Below are positions 18,691 to 28,509 of a stretch of 64,000 nucleotides of DNA, in pieces. The first letter of the stretch is position 1. Each line of letters opens with the position of its first letter. The position numbers and the translations under genes are program-made. This DNA comes from Paludibacteraceae bacterium (lineage in GTDB: Bacteria > Bacteroidota > Bacteroidia > Bacteroidales > Paludibacteraceae): the NCBI GenBank assembly GCA_017467185.1, contig JAFTSS010000085.1, forward strand, positions 1-64,000, read 5' to 3'. A model generated the notes under the pieces. That model did not search any database. It saw nothing but the letters and a program-made list of their open reading frames with translations, and had not been told where the DNA came from.

Positions 18691-19265
18691 ATAGGTATTG
18701 TGCCTTTTGGTTGGCGTATGCTGTATCGGCTGAAGGTTTGATTAGATTCGAACCCGATGCCGAGTATTTTTCTGTCTTTTTGGATGATTGTTATTGCAGA
18801 GTCGCTATATACGCGCTCTTCTTTTTGGTCCCAATATAGTTCATTGGTATAAAATTCCTCTTGGTTGAGATTTGTTGCCTCAATGTTGTCATTGAGTTTC
18901 CATAGTTCTAATTTGCTGTAATAAATTGCTTTATCGCATTCTATTTCAGCATCAATGTTGTAGTTTTCGTCGAAGCGTTCAAAACGTAATCCGTTTGGAA
19001 AATCCCAATATGGGGTATCGGCTTTTTCATAGACGTACCAATCTGGAGCTATAATTCTGTAACGGATTATACCAGAGTCGGATACGATGGTTGTTATTGA
19101 ATCGGCATACACCTGAGGTGTATGTTTTATATCAGTTATGGAAGATGTCATGTCGTGCTTTGTTTGGCACGAAAAAAATAATGCACAATGCAAAATGCAC
19201 AATGCACAAAAAAAATTAGATACGAGATGCGAGACACGAGATGCGAGACACGAGATGTGAGGCAT
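18681..19265 (-). CDS. hypothetical protein, possibly LptC-family periplasmic LPS-export protein. The start is uncertain (alternative ATG at 19151).
   Basis: 194 aa. The N-terminal 38 aa are encoded by an (ATGCACA)n heptamer tract. Conserved Bacteroides synteny (coaX - OMP - TPR - lptC - gldE - ppiD) supports the call. Confidence 0.35.
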   Translation of the reverse strand: MPHISCLASRVSHLVSNFFCALCILHCALFFSCQTKHDMTSSITDIKHTPQVYADSITTIVSDSGIIRYRIIAPDWYVYEKADTPYWDFPNGLRFERFDENYNIDAEIECDKAIYYSKLELWKLNDNIEATNLNQEEFYTNELYWDQKEERVYSDSAITIIQKDRKILGIGFESNQTFSRYSIRQPKGTIPIEE

Positions 19266-19288
19266 AAGTTGTTGAATAGTAAAAAATA

Positions 19289-19335
19289 GACACGAGACAC
19301 GAGAGCAAAAATCTTGTTTCTCGTGTCTTGTGTCT
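19289..19335 (-). terminator. hairpin built from inverted (GACACGA) heptamers, followed on the minus strand by a T-run; terminator of the TPR gene
   Basis: agacacgagacacgagagc-loop-ctcgtgtcttgtgtct, with atttttta downstream on the minus strand. Confidence 0.5.
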
Positions 19336-19349
19336 AATATCTAAAAAAG

Positions 19350-20660
19350 TTATTTGCTACGAACAGTAGTTGTTTCATTTACCCAACCGCCTACGTAGTG
19401 CGATTTGCCTTCTTCTACGTCAGGGTGCATGAATACCTCTTCTTTAGAAGGGAAATATGCGCTATATGTACGGATGAGTTTGTTAGCTTGTTCAATCATA
19501 TCTTCTGTTGGTTCTACACTTTTTGCTTTTGCAAATTGGTCAACTGATGCCCAATATACTGCTTTTTGGAGTGTTGGGTCGTCAGATACTTTTGCTTGTG
19601 CATAAACAAGACCAAGCATGATATGAGGTTGTCCTTGTGCAGGATTTTTAGCTAACGATTCTTTGCAATATTTACGTACATTTTGGTATTGCTCTTTTTT
19701 GTAATATACTTGAGCAATGCGGAACAAGTTGTCGGCAATATCTAAATCTTCAGTTGAAAGATTTACAGCTTCTTGATAATATTCAATAGCTTTGTCTAAA
19801 TCGCCTTTTACGTATGACATATTGCCAAGACCAGTAGCAGCTTCGGCAGATGGTGAAATTTTGTGAGCATATTCAGCCGCTTTGTAGTATGCTTCGTGTT
19901 CGATACATTTCAAGCGTTTGAACAATTTCATTACGCCTTCAAGATATTTGAGGTCAGCATTGTTACGTTCAACATTTGGCAAGAAGATTTCGTTCATTTT
20001 TGCGCAATCTGCAACGCCCGAAGCAGCAAAAAGTACATCAACAGCAGCTTTTACACTTGTATAGTCTTCGGCATTTTTGAGGTCAGCATTTTGACCATTT
20101 GCTGTTAAGATAGCATCAGCAAAAGTGTAGTCGCCGATAAATTGTTCAGCCAAAGTGTTGTCTGCTTTATAAAGATTAGCAGATGTAAATACAAAGAGTT
20201 GTAATTCGTTGGCTGCAGCGGCATTGCCCAAACCGTGAATAGCTTCTTTAATCCAAGGATAAATAGTTGCATTATCGTCTGGGAAGTATTTGTTATGCTT
20301 TGATGCTTTGTCTGCTAAAATTGCAGGACGAGGAGTTTTTTTGTCGTTTCCAAAATATTGGATGCGGTCATCATACAATTTCATCAATTGATTGAATGCA
20401 GCATTAAATTCATCTTGAGTTGTAGCTTGTTTGATTTTCCATTCGAGGATTCTAACACCGAGAGCATAGATGTTTTTTGATGCAGATGGACACTCAGTGT
20501 AAACTTTCATCCATGGCTCGTAAGCGTCGGCATAGTTTTTAACTTTTGCATACTCAGTGAAAAGTGAAAGGTTCACTTTGCATTCTTCTGACATTTGTGC
20601 CGCAATATTGCTTACAAACAACATCGCCACAAATAAAGCAGTTAATTTTAATGATTTCAT
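19350..20660 (-). CDS. tetratricopeptide-repeat lipoprotein/periplasmic protein
   Basis: 436 aa with a signal peptide and multiple TPR-like helical repeats (e.g. AIEYYQEAVNL). Confidence 0.55.
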   Translation of the reverse strand: MKSLKLTALFVAMLFVSNIAAQMSEECKVNLSLFTEYAKVKNYADAYEPWMKVYTECPSASKNIYALGVRILEWKIKQATTQDEFNAAFNQLMKLYDDRIQYFGNDKKTPRPAILADKASKHNKYFPDDNATIYPWIKEAIHGLGNAAAANELQLFVFTSANLYKADNTLAEQFIGDYTFADAILTANGQNADLKNAEDYTSVKAAVDVLFAASGVADCAKMNEIFLPNVERNNADLKYLEGVMKLFKRLKCIEHEAYYKAAEYAHKISPSAEAATGLGNMSYVKGDLDKAIEYYQEAVNLSTEDLDIADNLFRIAQVYYKKEQYQNVRKYCKESLAKNPAQGQPHIMLGLVYAQAKVSDDPTLQKAVYWASVDQFAKAKSVEPTEDMIEQANKLIRTYSAYFPSKEEVFMHPDVEEGKSHYVGGWVNETTTVRSK

Positions 20661-20732
20661 AGCTATTAATGATTAGTTATTAATGATTATTTATTAGTTA
20701 AAATGAACAACTCTCCAATTCGCAATTCTTCA

Positions 20733-21974
20733 TTATCTCACTTTCGCTTTGACAAACCAAGTTTCGTTAAGCGAGAAGTTTAAACCAAATTTGAAGTAGT
20801 TTTCTTTTAATATAGCATTCATGCCACCGGCATTGCCATATTCAAAATTGACATTGATTATAGTTCTTGATGTTCTAAGAGGTAAACCAACACCGCACGT
20901 AATGGCGAAATCTCCTGCTTGGCGTCCATTTATTTTTGCGTACGAATTGTTGTAGTTAGCACCAATTCTCCACGACATTCTATCAATGTATCTTCTGCCA
21001 CGTGGGTCGTGTGTATATTCTGCACCTAATGATATTTTCATTCGATTAGCAAGGGTATCGCGTTTGCCGTAGTAGAGGGCTTTGCTGTATTCTTGATAGG
21101 TGAAATCTGCACCAATCATCAATCTGTCATCGTAAGTGTACATCACACCTCCACCATAGAGTGATGGCATCTCGAATAATTCGTTTGAATTTACAACTAA
21201 AGTATCTGTACCTGTCGTAGTTTGCTCAAACTTGCCATTCATTCCTGAGCGGAATTCGTATATAGCACCAATATTCAATTTGTGTTTATCGCCAATAGTT
21301 TCGTGATATTGAAGACCAAATCTTGCGTTAAAACTACGAATGTATAGGTTGGCTTTCATTACAGTATTCGTAGTTGTCAATTCCGATTGACTATAACTTA
21401 CAGCTTTATAGTGGTTTATATTACCAAACATATAGTACCCATTCACACCGAGAGCTAAATGGTCAGCGATATCGAACGAGAGACCTAAATACACTTGACT
21501 GATACCTCCTGTGCCATAATATGTTTTGTCATAGACATTATTCCCTTCTTCCATTGGGATTTTTAGCGAGTCGGTATAGTTGTAGTTGTAGCCAACGTAC
21601 GAATAGGGTATCAAACCTGCTGACAAACCCATCCATTTTGTTATTGGTGATTGTAACGCAATGTAATCAAGATTGCCTGTAAAAGAGGTATTTTGAGTAT
21701 TTCCGCTACGGAAATTAGATAATAATCCCGAAACACCCATTTCGAATATAAAAGACGTCGAATCAATACTACTATACGAAGCCGGGTTGGTTGAGTTGAT
21801 AGCATTTTTTGTGCGCAAACCAATCGATGTACCACCCATTGCTTGTGAGCGAGAGAAACAATCGTCCTCCAACTGACCATAACCATAACGTGTATATGGC
21901 GAGTTAGTATTGTTCTGTGCCATCAACAACACCGAAACAACTAATCCCAATAATATATTTAGTCCTCTTTTCAT
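20733..21974 (-). CDS. outer-membrane beta-barrel protein (FadL/PorV-like family, tentative)
   Basis: 413 aa with a signal peptide, the N-terminal motif SPYTRYGYGQ and an alternating aromatic-rich beta-strand pattern. Confidence 0.45.
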   Translation of the reverse strand: MKRGLNILLGLVVSVLLMAQNNTNSPYTRYGYGQLEDDCFSRSQAMGGTSIGLRTKNAINSTNPASYSSIDSTSFIFEMGVSGLLSNFRSGNTQNTSFTGNLDYIALQSPITKWMGLSAGLIPYSYVGYNYNYTDSLKIPMEEGNNVYDKTYYGTGGISQVYLGLSFDIADHLALGVNGYYMFGNINHYKAVSYSQSELTTTNTVMKANLYIRSFNARFGLQYHETIGDKHKLNIGAIYEFRSGMNGKFEQTTTGTDTLVVNSNELFEMPSLYGGGVMYTYDDRLMIGADFTYQEYSKALYYGKRDTLANRMKISLGAEYTHDPRGRRYIDRMSWRIGANYNNSYAKINGRQAGDFAITCGVGLPLRTSRTIINVNFEYGNAGGMNAILKENYFKFGLNFSLNETWFVKAKVR

Positions 21975-22036
21975 TATAATTTACAATCAATAATCTGTTA
22001 TCCGTAATCTGTTATCTGTAATCTGTACTCTGTTAT

Positions 22037-22807
22037 CTATTTTGATATATTTTTCGCAATAAAGTTTAATCCCTTTGGCACAAGCATCGGTTCAAAAAAT
22101 AGCGAGGAGTGAGAAGTGAGGAGCGAGGAGTTATCTATAATGTTTAAATTAAAAAGTCCTCCAGTCAATATCACTTTTAAGTTATTATACTCCTTTAAAT
22201 ATTTTTCAATGTAGCCATTTATTTCGTTTATCACACCCCAATATGCCCCATTCAAAATTGCCTCACGGGTTGTTAAGCCCAATTGAGCATTGTGCATTTT
22301 TTGCTTTGGTTCAAAACCATTTTCTATTGAGCATTGTGGAAGTGCTGCCGTAAAATGATGCATAGCATCCAATCTCATTTGTATGCCAGGGGCAATATTA
22401 CCACCTACGAAATGACCATCAATCAACAAATCGTACGTATTGCATGTGCCACAATCAATTACCAAATAATTTCCCTTGCCAGCAATTGCGTATGCCCCAG
22501 CCAAAGCCGCAATCCTATCCTTGCCCAAAGTTTCAGGTGTTAAGTAATCAATTTCGAATGGTAGAGGTGATTTGTATGACAATAGATGATATTTTGCGTC
22601 TATTTCGTCTAATAATTGTGCAATTCTTCTCTCTTTTTCAGGATTAACACTCGACACGATAACATATTTGAGTAGGTCAAACCGAGAAAACAAATTAACT
22701 ATGTCTTCTTTATTAAATTGTTCAAATACAATATGTTCAACCAACCGTTCTCCATCGAAAACAGCTGCCTTTGTTTTAGTATTGCCTATGTCGATAGTCA
22801 GTACCAT
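22037..22807 (-). CDS. coaX: type III pantothenate kinase
   Basis: 256 aa with N-terminus MVLTIDIGNTKTKAAVFDG, characteristic of CoaX. Confidence 0.85.
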   Translation of the reverse strand: MVLTIDIGNTKTKAAVFDGERLVEHIVFEQFNKEDIVNLFSRFDLLKYVIVSSVNPEKERRIAQLLDEIDAKYHLLSYKSPLPFEIDYLTPETLGKDRIAALAGAYAIAGKGNYLVIDCGTCNTYDLLIDGHFVGGNIAPGIQMRLDAMHHFTAALPQCSIENGFEPKQKMHNAQLGLTTREAILNGAYWGVINEINGYIEKYLKEYNNLKVILTGGLFNLNIIDNSSLLTSHSSLFFEPMLVPKGLNFIAKNISK

Positions 22808-22965
22808 CCGTTTCTATATATTTAGTTGCAAAGTTACAAAAAAAAATCATAACAAACTAATGATTATTTATTAAAAAACAATAAAAAATTGTGTGATTGT
22901 TATTTGTTTGAAAGGAGTGTGATTTTTTTTTGTTTTATCTACTTTGATATGTTGAATAATTTTAT

Positions 22966-22973
22966 TAACTTTG
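22966..22973 (+). promoter_or_regulatory. Bacteroides-type -7 box TAACTTTG
   Basis: Lies 36 nt upstream of the likely mscS start at 23009. Confidence 0.45.
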
Positions 22974-23008
22974 CTAGTCGAAATAATAGATGTTTAATTT
23001 TTTTTATT

Positions 23009-24199
23009 ATGAATAAAACAATTTTAGGTTGGTTTCAGAGTATTGGCATTGTTGCCGATTCGCAATCGTGGCTTTATTGGGTAATTACACTTTCGTGTAT
23101 TGCTGTTGTTGTTTATGTTGTTTATTTAGTTTGTAGTAGGTTGATTATTCCAGCGTTGCGTCAATTGACACGTAGGACATCGTCTTCGTGGGATGATATT
23201 TTGTTTAATGATACATTATTAAAGGACATTTCGCGCCTTGTACCACCTATTCTTATTGCTGTACTTTTGCCGATAGTTTTTGTTGAAGGGAATGATACAC
23301 TTGATTTTCTTTTGCGTGTGGACTATATATACATGGTTGTTGTTGCAGCAAAATTGATGTGTACTTTTATTTCTGCGTTGTACGATTTATCGATGCACAA
23401 TGAACGGTTGAAAAATCATGCATTGCAGAGTGTTTATCAAATGCTAAAAGTGGTGGTTGTCTGTGTGGCATTGATTATTGTTGTCAGCATTCTTATAAAT
23501 AAAAATCCAGGTTATATACTTACTGCTCTTGGTGCTTCGGCTGCTGTTTTGATGTTGGTATTTAAGGATATGATTGTAGGTCTTGTGGCAGGTGTTCAGT
23601 TGTCGATGAATGATATGCTTCGTCCTGGTGATTGGATTGCTATGCCTAAATATGGTGCTGATGGTGATGTTGTTGAAGTTAGTCTTACTACGGTTAAAGT
23701 GCGAAATTGGGATAATACTATTACTACAATTCCTCCGTATGCTTTGGTGAGTGATTCGTTTCAGAATTGGCGAGGAATGCAAGAGAGTGGAGGTCGTCGA
23801 GTAAAGCGTGCTGTCTATATTGATATGCGTTCAATTCAATTTTGTACAGATGAACAGATGAAAGAGTTTGAAGTGAAAGGTTGGCTTGAGGGTGTGGAAC
23901 GTGTAGATGGTTTCCCTGTTAATTTGCATATTTTCCGTAATTATTTAGAGAAATATTTGCGCAATCATCCCCGTGTTAATAAGGGTATGACTATTATGGT
24001 GCGTCAGTTGCAACCTACGGCACAAGGACTTCCGCTTGAGCTCTATTTCTTTTCTGATGGTACGGCGTGGATTCCATACGAGCAATTACAAGCCGAAGTT
24101 TTTGAGCATGTCTTTGCTATGTTGCCTACTTTTGGTCTTCGTATATTCCAATCTCCGATGGGTATTGATTTTGCGGGTGAATCTTTTTCTATAAATTGA
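23009..24199 (+). CDS. MscS-family mechanosensitive channel
   Basis: TM helices followed by the conserved MscS beta-domain region (LVAGVQLSMNDMLRPGDWIAM...GDVVEVSLTTVKVRNWDNT). The ORF-track start at 22889 looks like a spurious extension. Confidence 0.8.
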   Translation: MNKTILGWFQSIGIVADSQSWLYWVITLSCIAVVVYVVYLVCSRLIIPALRQLTRRTSSSWDDILFNDTLLKDISRLVPPILIAVLLPIVFVEGNDTLDFLLRVDYIYMVVVAAKLMCTFISALYDLSMHNERLKNHALQSVYQMLKVVVVCVALIIVVSILINKNPGYILTALGASAAVLMLVFKDMIVGLVAGVQLSMNDMLRPGDWIAMPKYGADGDVVEVSLTTVKVRNWDNTITTIPPYALVSDSFQNWRGMQESGGRRVKRAVYIDMRSIQFCTDEQMKEFEVKGWLEGVERVDGFPVNLHIFRNYLEKYLRNHPRVNKGMTIMVRQLQPTAQGLPLELYFFSDGTAWIPYEQLQAEVFEHVFAMLPTFGLRIFQSPMGIDFAGESFSIN

Positions 24200-24234
24200 G
24201 TTGAAAAAAATTTGTTAGTTTAATTTTATTTGCA

Positions 24235-24242
24235 TAACTTTG
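24235..24242 (+). promoter_or_regulatory. Bacteroides-type -7 box TAACTTTG
   Basis: Lies 23 nt upstream of the ATG at 24265. Confidence 0.45.
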
Positions 24243-24264
24243 CAAAAATAAAAAAATATTTGTT

Positions 24265-24828
24265 ATGTTTGATAAATTTCTTGCTTTAGATGTTTATATG
24301 CAGGTGTTTTGGACGCTTGCTTTGTTGTCAAGTGTTATTTTTTTAATACAAATGGTTATGACATTTATGGGCCTTGACAGTGATACTGAAATGGGTTCGG
24401 GATTTGATGATGTAGAAATGGAAGGTGTGGGTGGATTTTTCTCGTTTCGTAATTTTGTGAATTTTTTGCTTGGATATGGTTGGGGTGGTGTGCTTTTGCA
24501 TGATGCTATTTCAAATATGGTGTGGTTGCAAGTGGCTGCTTTAGGTATAGGTTTTTTGCTTGTATTGATTTTTGTGTTTATTTTGCGTCAAGTGATGAAA
24601 TTGGCTACTGATAAAACGTTTCGTTTGGAAGAGGCTGTTGGTATAGTGGCAGATACTTATTTGCGTATTCCAGCGGCTAAACAAGGTTCGGGTAAAATAC
24701 TTGTCAGTGTGCGTGGTTCAGTCCATGAGTTAGAGGCTATGACCGAAGGTGAGGAGATACCGACAGGTAGCAAAGTGCGTGTAACTAAAGCAATAGGATC
24801 GGAACTAGTAGAAGTAGAAAGAATTTAG
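24265..24828 (+). CDS. NfeD/YqiJ-like membrane protein (OB-fold C-terminal domain), partner of the flotillin
   Basis: 187 aa with two TM segments plus a soluble C-terminal domain. It sits immediately upstream of an SPFH/flotillin gene, as in yqiJK. Confidence 0.55.
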   Translation: MFDKFLALDVYMQVFWTLALLSSVIFLIQMVMTFMGLDSDTEMGSGFDDVEMEGVGGFFSFRNFVNFLLGYGWGGVLLHDAISNMVWLQVAALGIGFLLVLIFVFILRQVMKLATDKTFRLEEAVGIVADTYLRIPAAKQGSGKILVSVRGSVHELEAMTEGEEIPTGSKVRVTKAIGSELVEVERI

Positions 24829-24868
24829 GGGGTGTTAGTTACTAGTTATTAGTTATTAGTTATTAGTT

Positions 24869-25037
24869 AGTAATTTTCAATTTTTGCGTTAAGCGAGAGC
24901 AATGAAAATTATTTCAATTGCCGAGTGGAGCAAAAATCACGACCGAAGGGAGTAATTCTCAATTTTTGCGATAAGCGAGAGCAATGAAAATTATTTCAAT
25001 TGCCGAGCGGAGCAAAAATCACGACCGAAGGGAGTAA
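24869..25037 (+). repeat. tandem duplication of an approximately 84-bp unit (aattttcaatttttgcgttaagcgagagcaatgaaaattatttcaattgccgag...gaagggagta)
   Basis: Two copies about 93% identical. They are flanked by (TAGTTAT)4 on the left and (AACACTC)n on the right. Confidence 0.8.
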
Positions 25038-25140
25038 CTCTCCAACTCTAAACACTCAACACTCAACATTCAACACTCAACACTCAACACTCAACACTCA
25101 ACTCTAAACACTAAACTCTCAACACTAAACTTTATATATT

Positions 25141-26514
25141 ATGGCTAATGTTGCTTTTATTTTTGTTATTCTTGTAGTTGTAGTTTTTATTACTATAGCT
25201 GCAGTGATACGTCGTTACAGACGTTGTCCTTCTGACAAAATTCTTGTCGTTTATGGTAAAACAGGCGGAGGTTCTGCTCGTTGTATTCATGGTGGTGGTA
25301 AATTTATTTGGCCAATCATTCAAGATTATGCCTATTTGAATCTTACACCGATTTCGATTGATGCTAATTTGACTAACGCACTTTCTCGTCAGAATATTCG
25401 CGTCGATGTTCCTTGTCGTTTTACCGTTGGTATTTCAACAGAGTCGGATTCGATGAATAATGCGGCTGAACGTCTTTTGGGTTTATCGTCAAACGAAATT
25501 CAAGAGTTGGCTCGTGATATTCTTTTTGGTCAATTGCGTTTGGTTATTGCCACTATGTCGATTGAAGAAATCAATAGCGACCGTGATAAATTCCTTGAAA
25601 ATATCTCTAAAAACGTTGAGGTCGAATTGAAAAAAATTGGTCTTCGCTTGATTAACGTCAATGTAACCGATATTAAAGACGAGTCTGGCTATATTGAGGC
25701 TTTAGGTAAAGAAGCTGCTGCTAAAGCTATCAACGAAGCTAAAGTTAGTGTGGCAGAACAAGATAAATTTGGTGAGATTGGTAAGGCTGAGGCAGTTCGT
25801 GATACTCGTATTAAGACCTCAGAGGCAAATGCTATCGCTGTAAAAGGTGAGAATAATGCTCAAATTGAGGTTGCAAATTCTAATGCATTCCGTCGTGAAA
25901 AAGAGGCTGAGGCTAATCGTTTGGCTATTGCAGCTGAAAAAGTTCAACAAGCAAAAGCGTTGCAAGAGGCTTATGCTGCTGAACGTGAGGCAGAGTTGGC
26001 TCGTGCTGAACGTGAACGTTCAACTCAACAAGCTAACGTGATTGTGCCTGAAGAGATTGAAAAACAACGTCGTATTATCGAGGCAGAAGCAGAAGCAGAA
26101 AAACTTCGTGTTAATGCAAAAGGTGAAGCTGATGCAATTTATGCTAAGATGGAGGCTGAGGCTAAAGGTCTTTATGAAATCCTTACAAAACAAGCTGCTG
26201 GTTACGATCGTATGGTGCAAGCGGCTGGTGGCGATGCTAACAAAGCATATATGTTGCTCTTGCTTGAAAAATTACCAGAATTGGTTAAGACTCAAGTTGA
26301 GGCGGTTAAAGGTGTTAATATCGATCATGTTACAGTGTGGGATTCTGGTAATAATGCAGATGGTAAAGGTTCAACCGCCAATTTCGTTTCAGGATTGATG
26401 AAATCAGTGCCACCGTTGAACGATTTGTTTGACCTTGCTGGTATGAATTTGCCAGAATATCTTGGTAAAAAACAAGAAGAACAACAAGAAACGGAAACTA
26501 AGAAAACTAAATAG
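25141..26514 (+). CDS. flotillin / SPFH (band 7) domain protein, YqiK-like
   Basis: 457 aa with an N-terminal TM segment, an SPFH domain and a long A/E/K-rich coiled coil. Confidence 0.85.
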   Translation: MANVAFIFVILVVVVFITIAAVIRRYRRCPSDKILVVYGKTGGGSARCIHGGGKFIWPIIQDYAYLNLTPISIDANLTNALSRQNIRVDVPCRFTVGISTESDSMNNAAERLLGLSSNEIQELARDILFGQLRLVIATMSIEEINSDRDKFLENISKNVEVELKKIGLRLINVNVTDIKDESGYIEALGKEAAAKAINEAKVSVAEQDKFGEIGKAEAVRDTRIKTSEANAIAVKGENNAQIEVANSNAFRREKEAEANRLAIAAEKVQQAKALQEAYAAEREAELARAERERSTQQANVIVPEEIEKQRRIIEAEAEAEKLRVNAKGEADAIYAKMEAEAKGLYEILTKQAAGYDRMVQAAGGDANKAYMLLLLEKLPELVKTQVEAVKGVNIDHVTVWDSGNNADGKGSTANFVSGLMKSVPPLNDLFDLAGMNLPEYLGKKQEEQQETETKKTK

Positions 26515-26562
26515 TTTTTGAAAAAAGAATGTTAAAAATTTGGTAGTTAGCAAAATAATTTG

Positions 26563-26570
26563 TAACTTTG
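26563..26570 (+). promoter_or_regulatory. Bacteroides-type -7 box TAACTTTG for the rimP-nusA-infB operon
   Basis: TAnnTTTG 60 nt upstream of the rimP ATG. Confidence 0.5.
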
Positions 26571-26585
26571 CACCGAATTTAAGAT

Positions 26586-26611
26586 ATTGAGGGGACGAGT
26601 AGTCCCCTCAA
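26586..26611 (+). promoter_or_regulatory. 5'-UTR hairpin ttgagggga-cgagtag-tcccctcaa between the promoter and rimP
   Basis: 9-bp perfect stem. It may be an attenuator or a processing/autoregulatory site of the nusA-infB operon. Confidence 0.35.
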
Positions 26612-26629
26612 TTCGTAGTATTAAGTGTT

Positions 26630-27094
26630 ATGATACAGAAAGATATTATTACTAATTTGGTTATCAGCAAATTAGCTGATACAAGATATTTTTTGGTTGA
26701 TGTTACAGTTTCGGCTGATAATGTGATAAAGGTAGAAATTGATGCCGAGGAGGGTGTTGATATTGACTTTTGTGTTGAACTAAATCGTTTTATTGAAGCT
26801 AACTTTGATCGTGAGGTGGAGGATTATGAGCTTGAAGTAGGTTCGGCAGGTCTTACATCTCCGTTTAAGGTGAAACGTCAATACGAAAAAAATCTAAACA
26901 AAGAGGTTGAAGTGTTAGAGGCGAATGGTATTAAGCATGAGGGCGTGTTGGTAGAGGTAGATGATGAAAAATTCGCTATTGACGAGACTAAAATGATACG
27001 TAAAGAAGGTGATAAGCGCAAAAAGCCTTATACAGAGCGTATAGAATTTAAGTATTCAGAAATAAAATATACAAAATATAAATTTAAAATTTAA
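26630..27094 (+). CDS. rimP: ribosome maturation factor RimP
   Basis: 154 aa in the conserved position before nusA. Confidence 0.8.
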   Translation: MIQKDIITNLVISKLADTRYFLVDVTVSADNVIKVEIDAEEGVDIDFCVELNRFIEANFDREVEDYELEVGSAGLTSPFKVKRQYEKNLNKEVEVLEANGIKHEGVLVEVDDEKFAIDETKMIRKEGDKRKKPYTERIEFKYSEIKYTKYKFKI

Positions 27095-27180
27095 TTTGAA
27101 ATTTTAAATTTGAAATTTTAAATCTTCGTTATGATTTTCAACTTTCAACTTTCAATTTTCAATTTTCAACTTTAAACGTA

Positions 27181-28431
27181 ATGGCTAAAAAAGAGAAAGT
27201 AAATCTTATTGAAACCTTTTCGGAATTCAAAGATTTGAAGGCGATTGATCGCTCTACATTGATTGCTATCTTGGAAGATTCGTTCCGTAGTGTGATTGCT
27301 AAAATGTATGGAACTGATGAAAACTATGATGTGATTATCAACCCTGAGACTGGCGACTGTGAAATTCTTCGTACACGTACTATCGTTGAAGATGATGAGT
27401 TGGAAAACGAAAGCATGGAAATTGCACTCTCAGCAGCTCAAGAAATAGATGAGGACTATGAAGTGGGAGAGGAAGTTGTCGATAAAGTAGAATTTTTGAG
27501 TTTTGGACGTCGTGCAGTTCTTAATCTTCGTCAAACTTTGGCTTCTCGTATCCTTGAACTTCAAAAAGAGGCTCTTTATGAAAAATATGCTGATATTATC
27601 GGTCAAGTAGTATCTGGCGATGTTTATCAAGTTTGGAAAAAAGAGGTGCTTTTGCTTGATGAAGATAAAAACGAAATGCTTCTTCCTAAACAAGAGCAAA
27701 TTCCTAACGATTTTTATCGTAAAGGTGAACCAGTACGTGCAGTAGTGCTTCGTGTTGATAATAAAAACAACAACCCTAAAATCTATCTTTCTCGTACTTC
27801 TCCTTTGTTCTTGGAACGTTTGTTTGAACAAGAAGTTCCTGAAATTCACGATGGTTTGATTACTATCAAAAAAGTAGTTCGTATTCCTGGTGAGCGTGCT
27901 AAAGTGGCTGTTGAATCTTTCGATGATCGTATCGACCCAGTAGGAGCATGCGTAGGTATGAAGGGTGCTCGTATTCATGGTATAGTTCGTGAATTGCGTA
28001 ATGAAAATATCGATGTTATCAACTATACAAATAACATTAGTTTGTATATTGCTCGTGCGCTTAGTCCTGCTAAAGTTCAAACTATCGAACTTGATGAGGA
28101 AAACAAAAAAGCAAATGTATATCTTCGTCCAGAAGAAATTTCACTTGCTATTGGTAAAAATGGTAATAATATTAAATTGGCAACAATGCTTACAGGTTAT
28201 ACAATCGATGTATTCCGTAATGACGTTGAAGTTGATGAAGAAGATATTTACCTTGATGAATTTAGCGATGAAATTGATGGTTGGATTATCGATGTATTGA
28301 AAAGCATTGGTTGTGATACAGCTAAAAATGTATTGGCACTTTCTCGTGAAGAATTGATTCAACGTTCTGACTTAGAAGAAGAAACAATCGACGAAGTATT
28401 GGCTATTTTGAAAGCCGAATTTGAAGACTAA
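27181..28431 (+). CDS. nusA: transcription termination/antitermination factor NusA
   Basis: 416 aa with NusA N-terminal, S1 and KH domains. Confidence 0.95.
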   Translation: MAKKEKVNLIETFSEFKDLKAIDRSTLIAILEDSFRSVIAKMYGTDENYDVIINPETGDCEILRTRTIVEDDELENESMEIALSAAQEIDEDYEVGEEVVDKVEFLSFGRRAVLNLRQTLASRILELQKEALYEKYADIIGQVVSGDVYQVWKKEVLLLDEDKNEMLLPKQEQIPNDFYRKGEPVRAVVLRVDNKNNNPKIYLSRTSPLFLERLFEQEVPEIHDGLITIKKVVRIPGERAKVAVESFDDRIDPVGACVGMKGARIHGIVRELRNENIDVINYTNNISLYIARALSPAKVQTIELDEENKKANVYLRPEEISLAIGKNGNNIKLATMLTGYTIDVFRNDVEVDEEDIYLDEFSDEIDGWIIDVLKSIGCDTAKNVLALSREELIQRSDLEEETIDEVLAILKAEFED

Positions 28432-28509
28432 AATAAATAGTTATGAATTAGTATTTTTTATCTCTAATTCGTTAATAACTAATAATTAGTAACTAATAAC
28501 TAAAAATAT

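Noticed and set aside
22889-23008. N-terminal extension of the MscS ORF from 22889
   Set aside because: The extension is Cys/Phe-rich junk and overlaps the -7 promoter box. Start at 23009 (MNKTILGW) is preferred.
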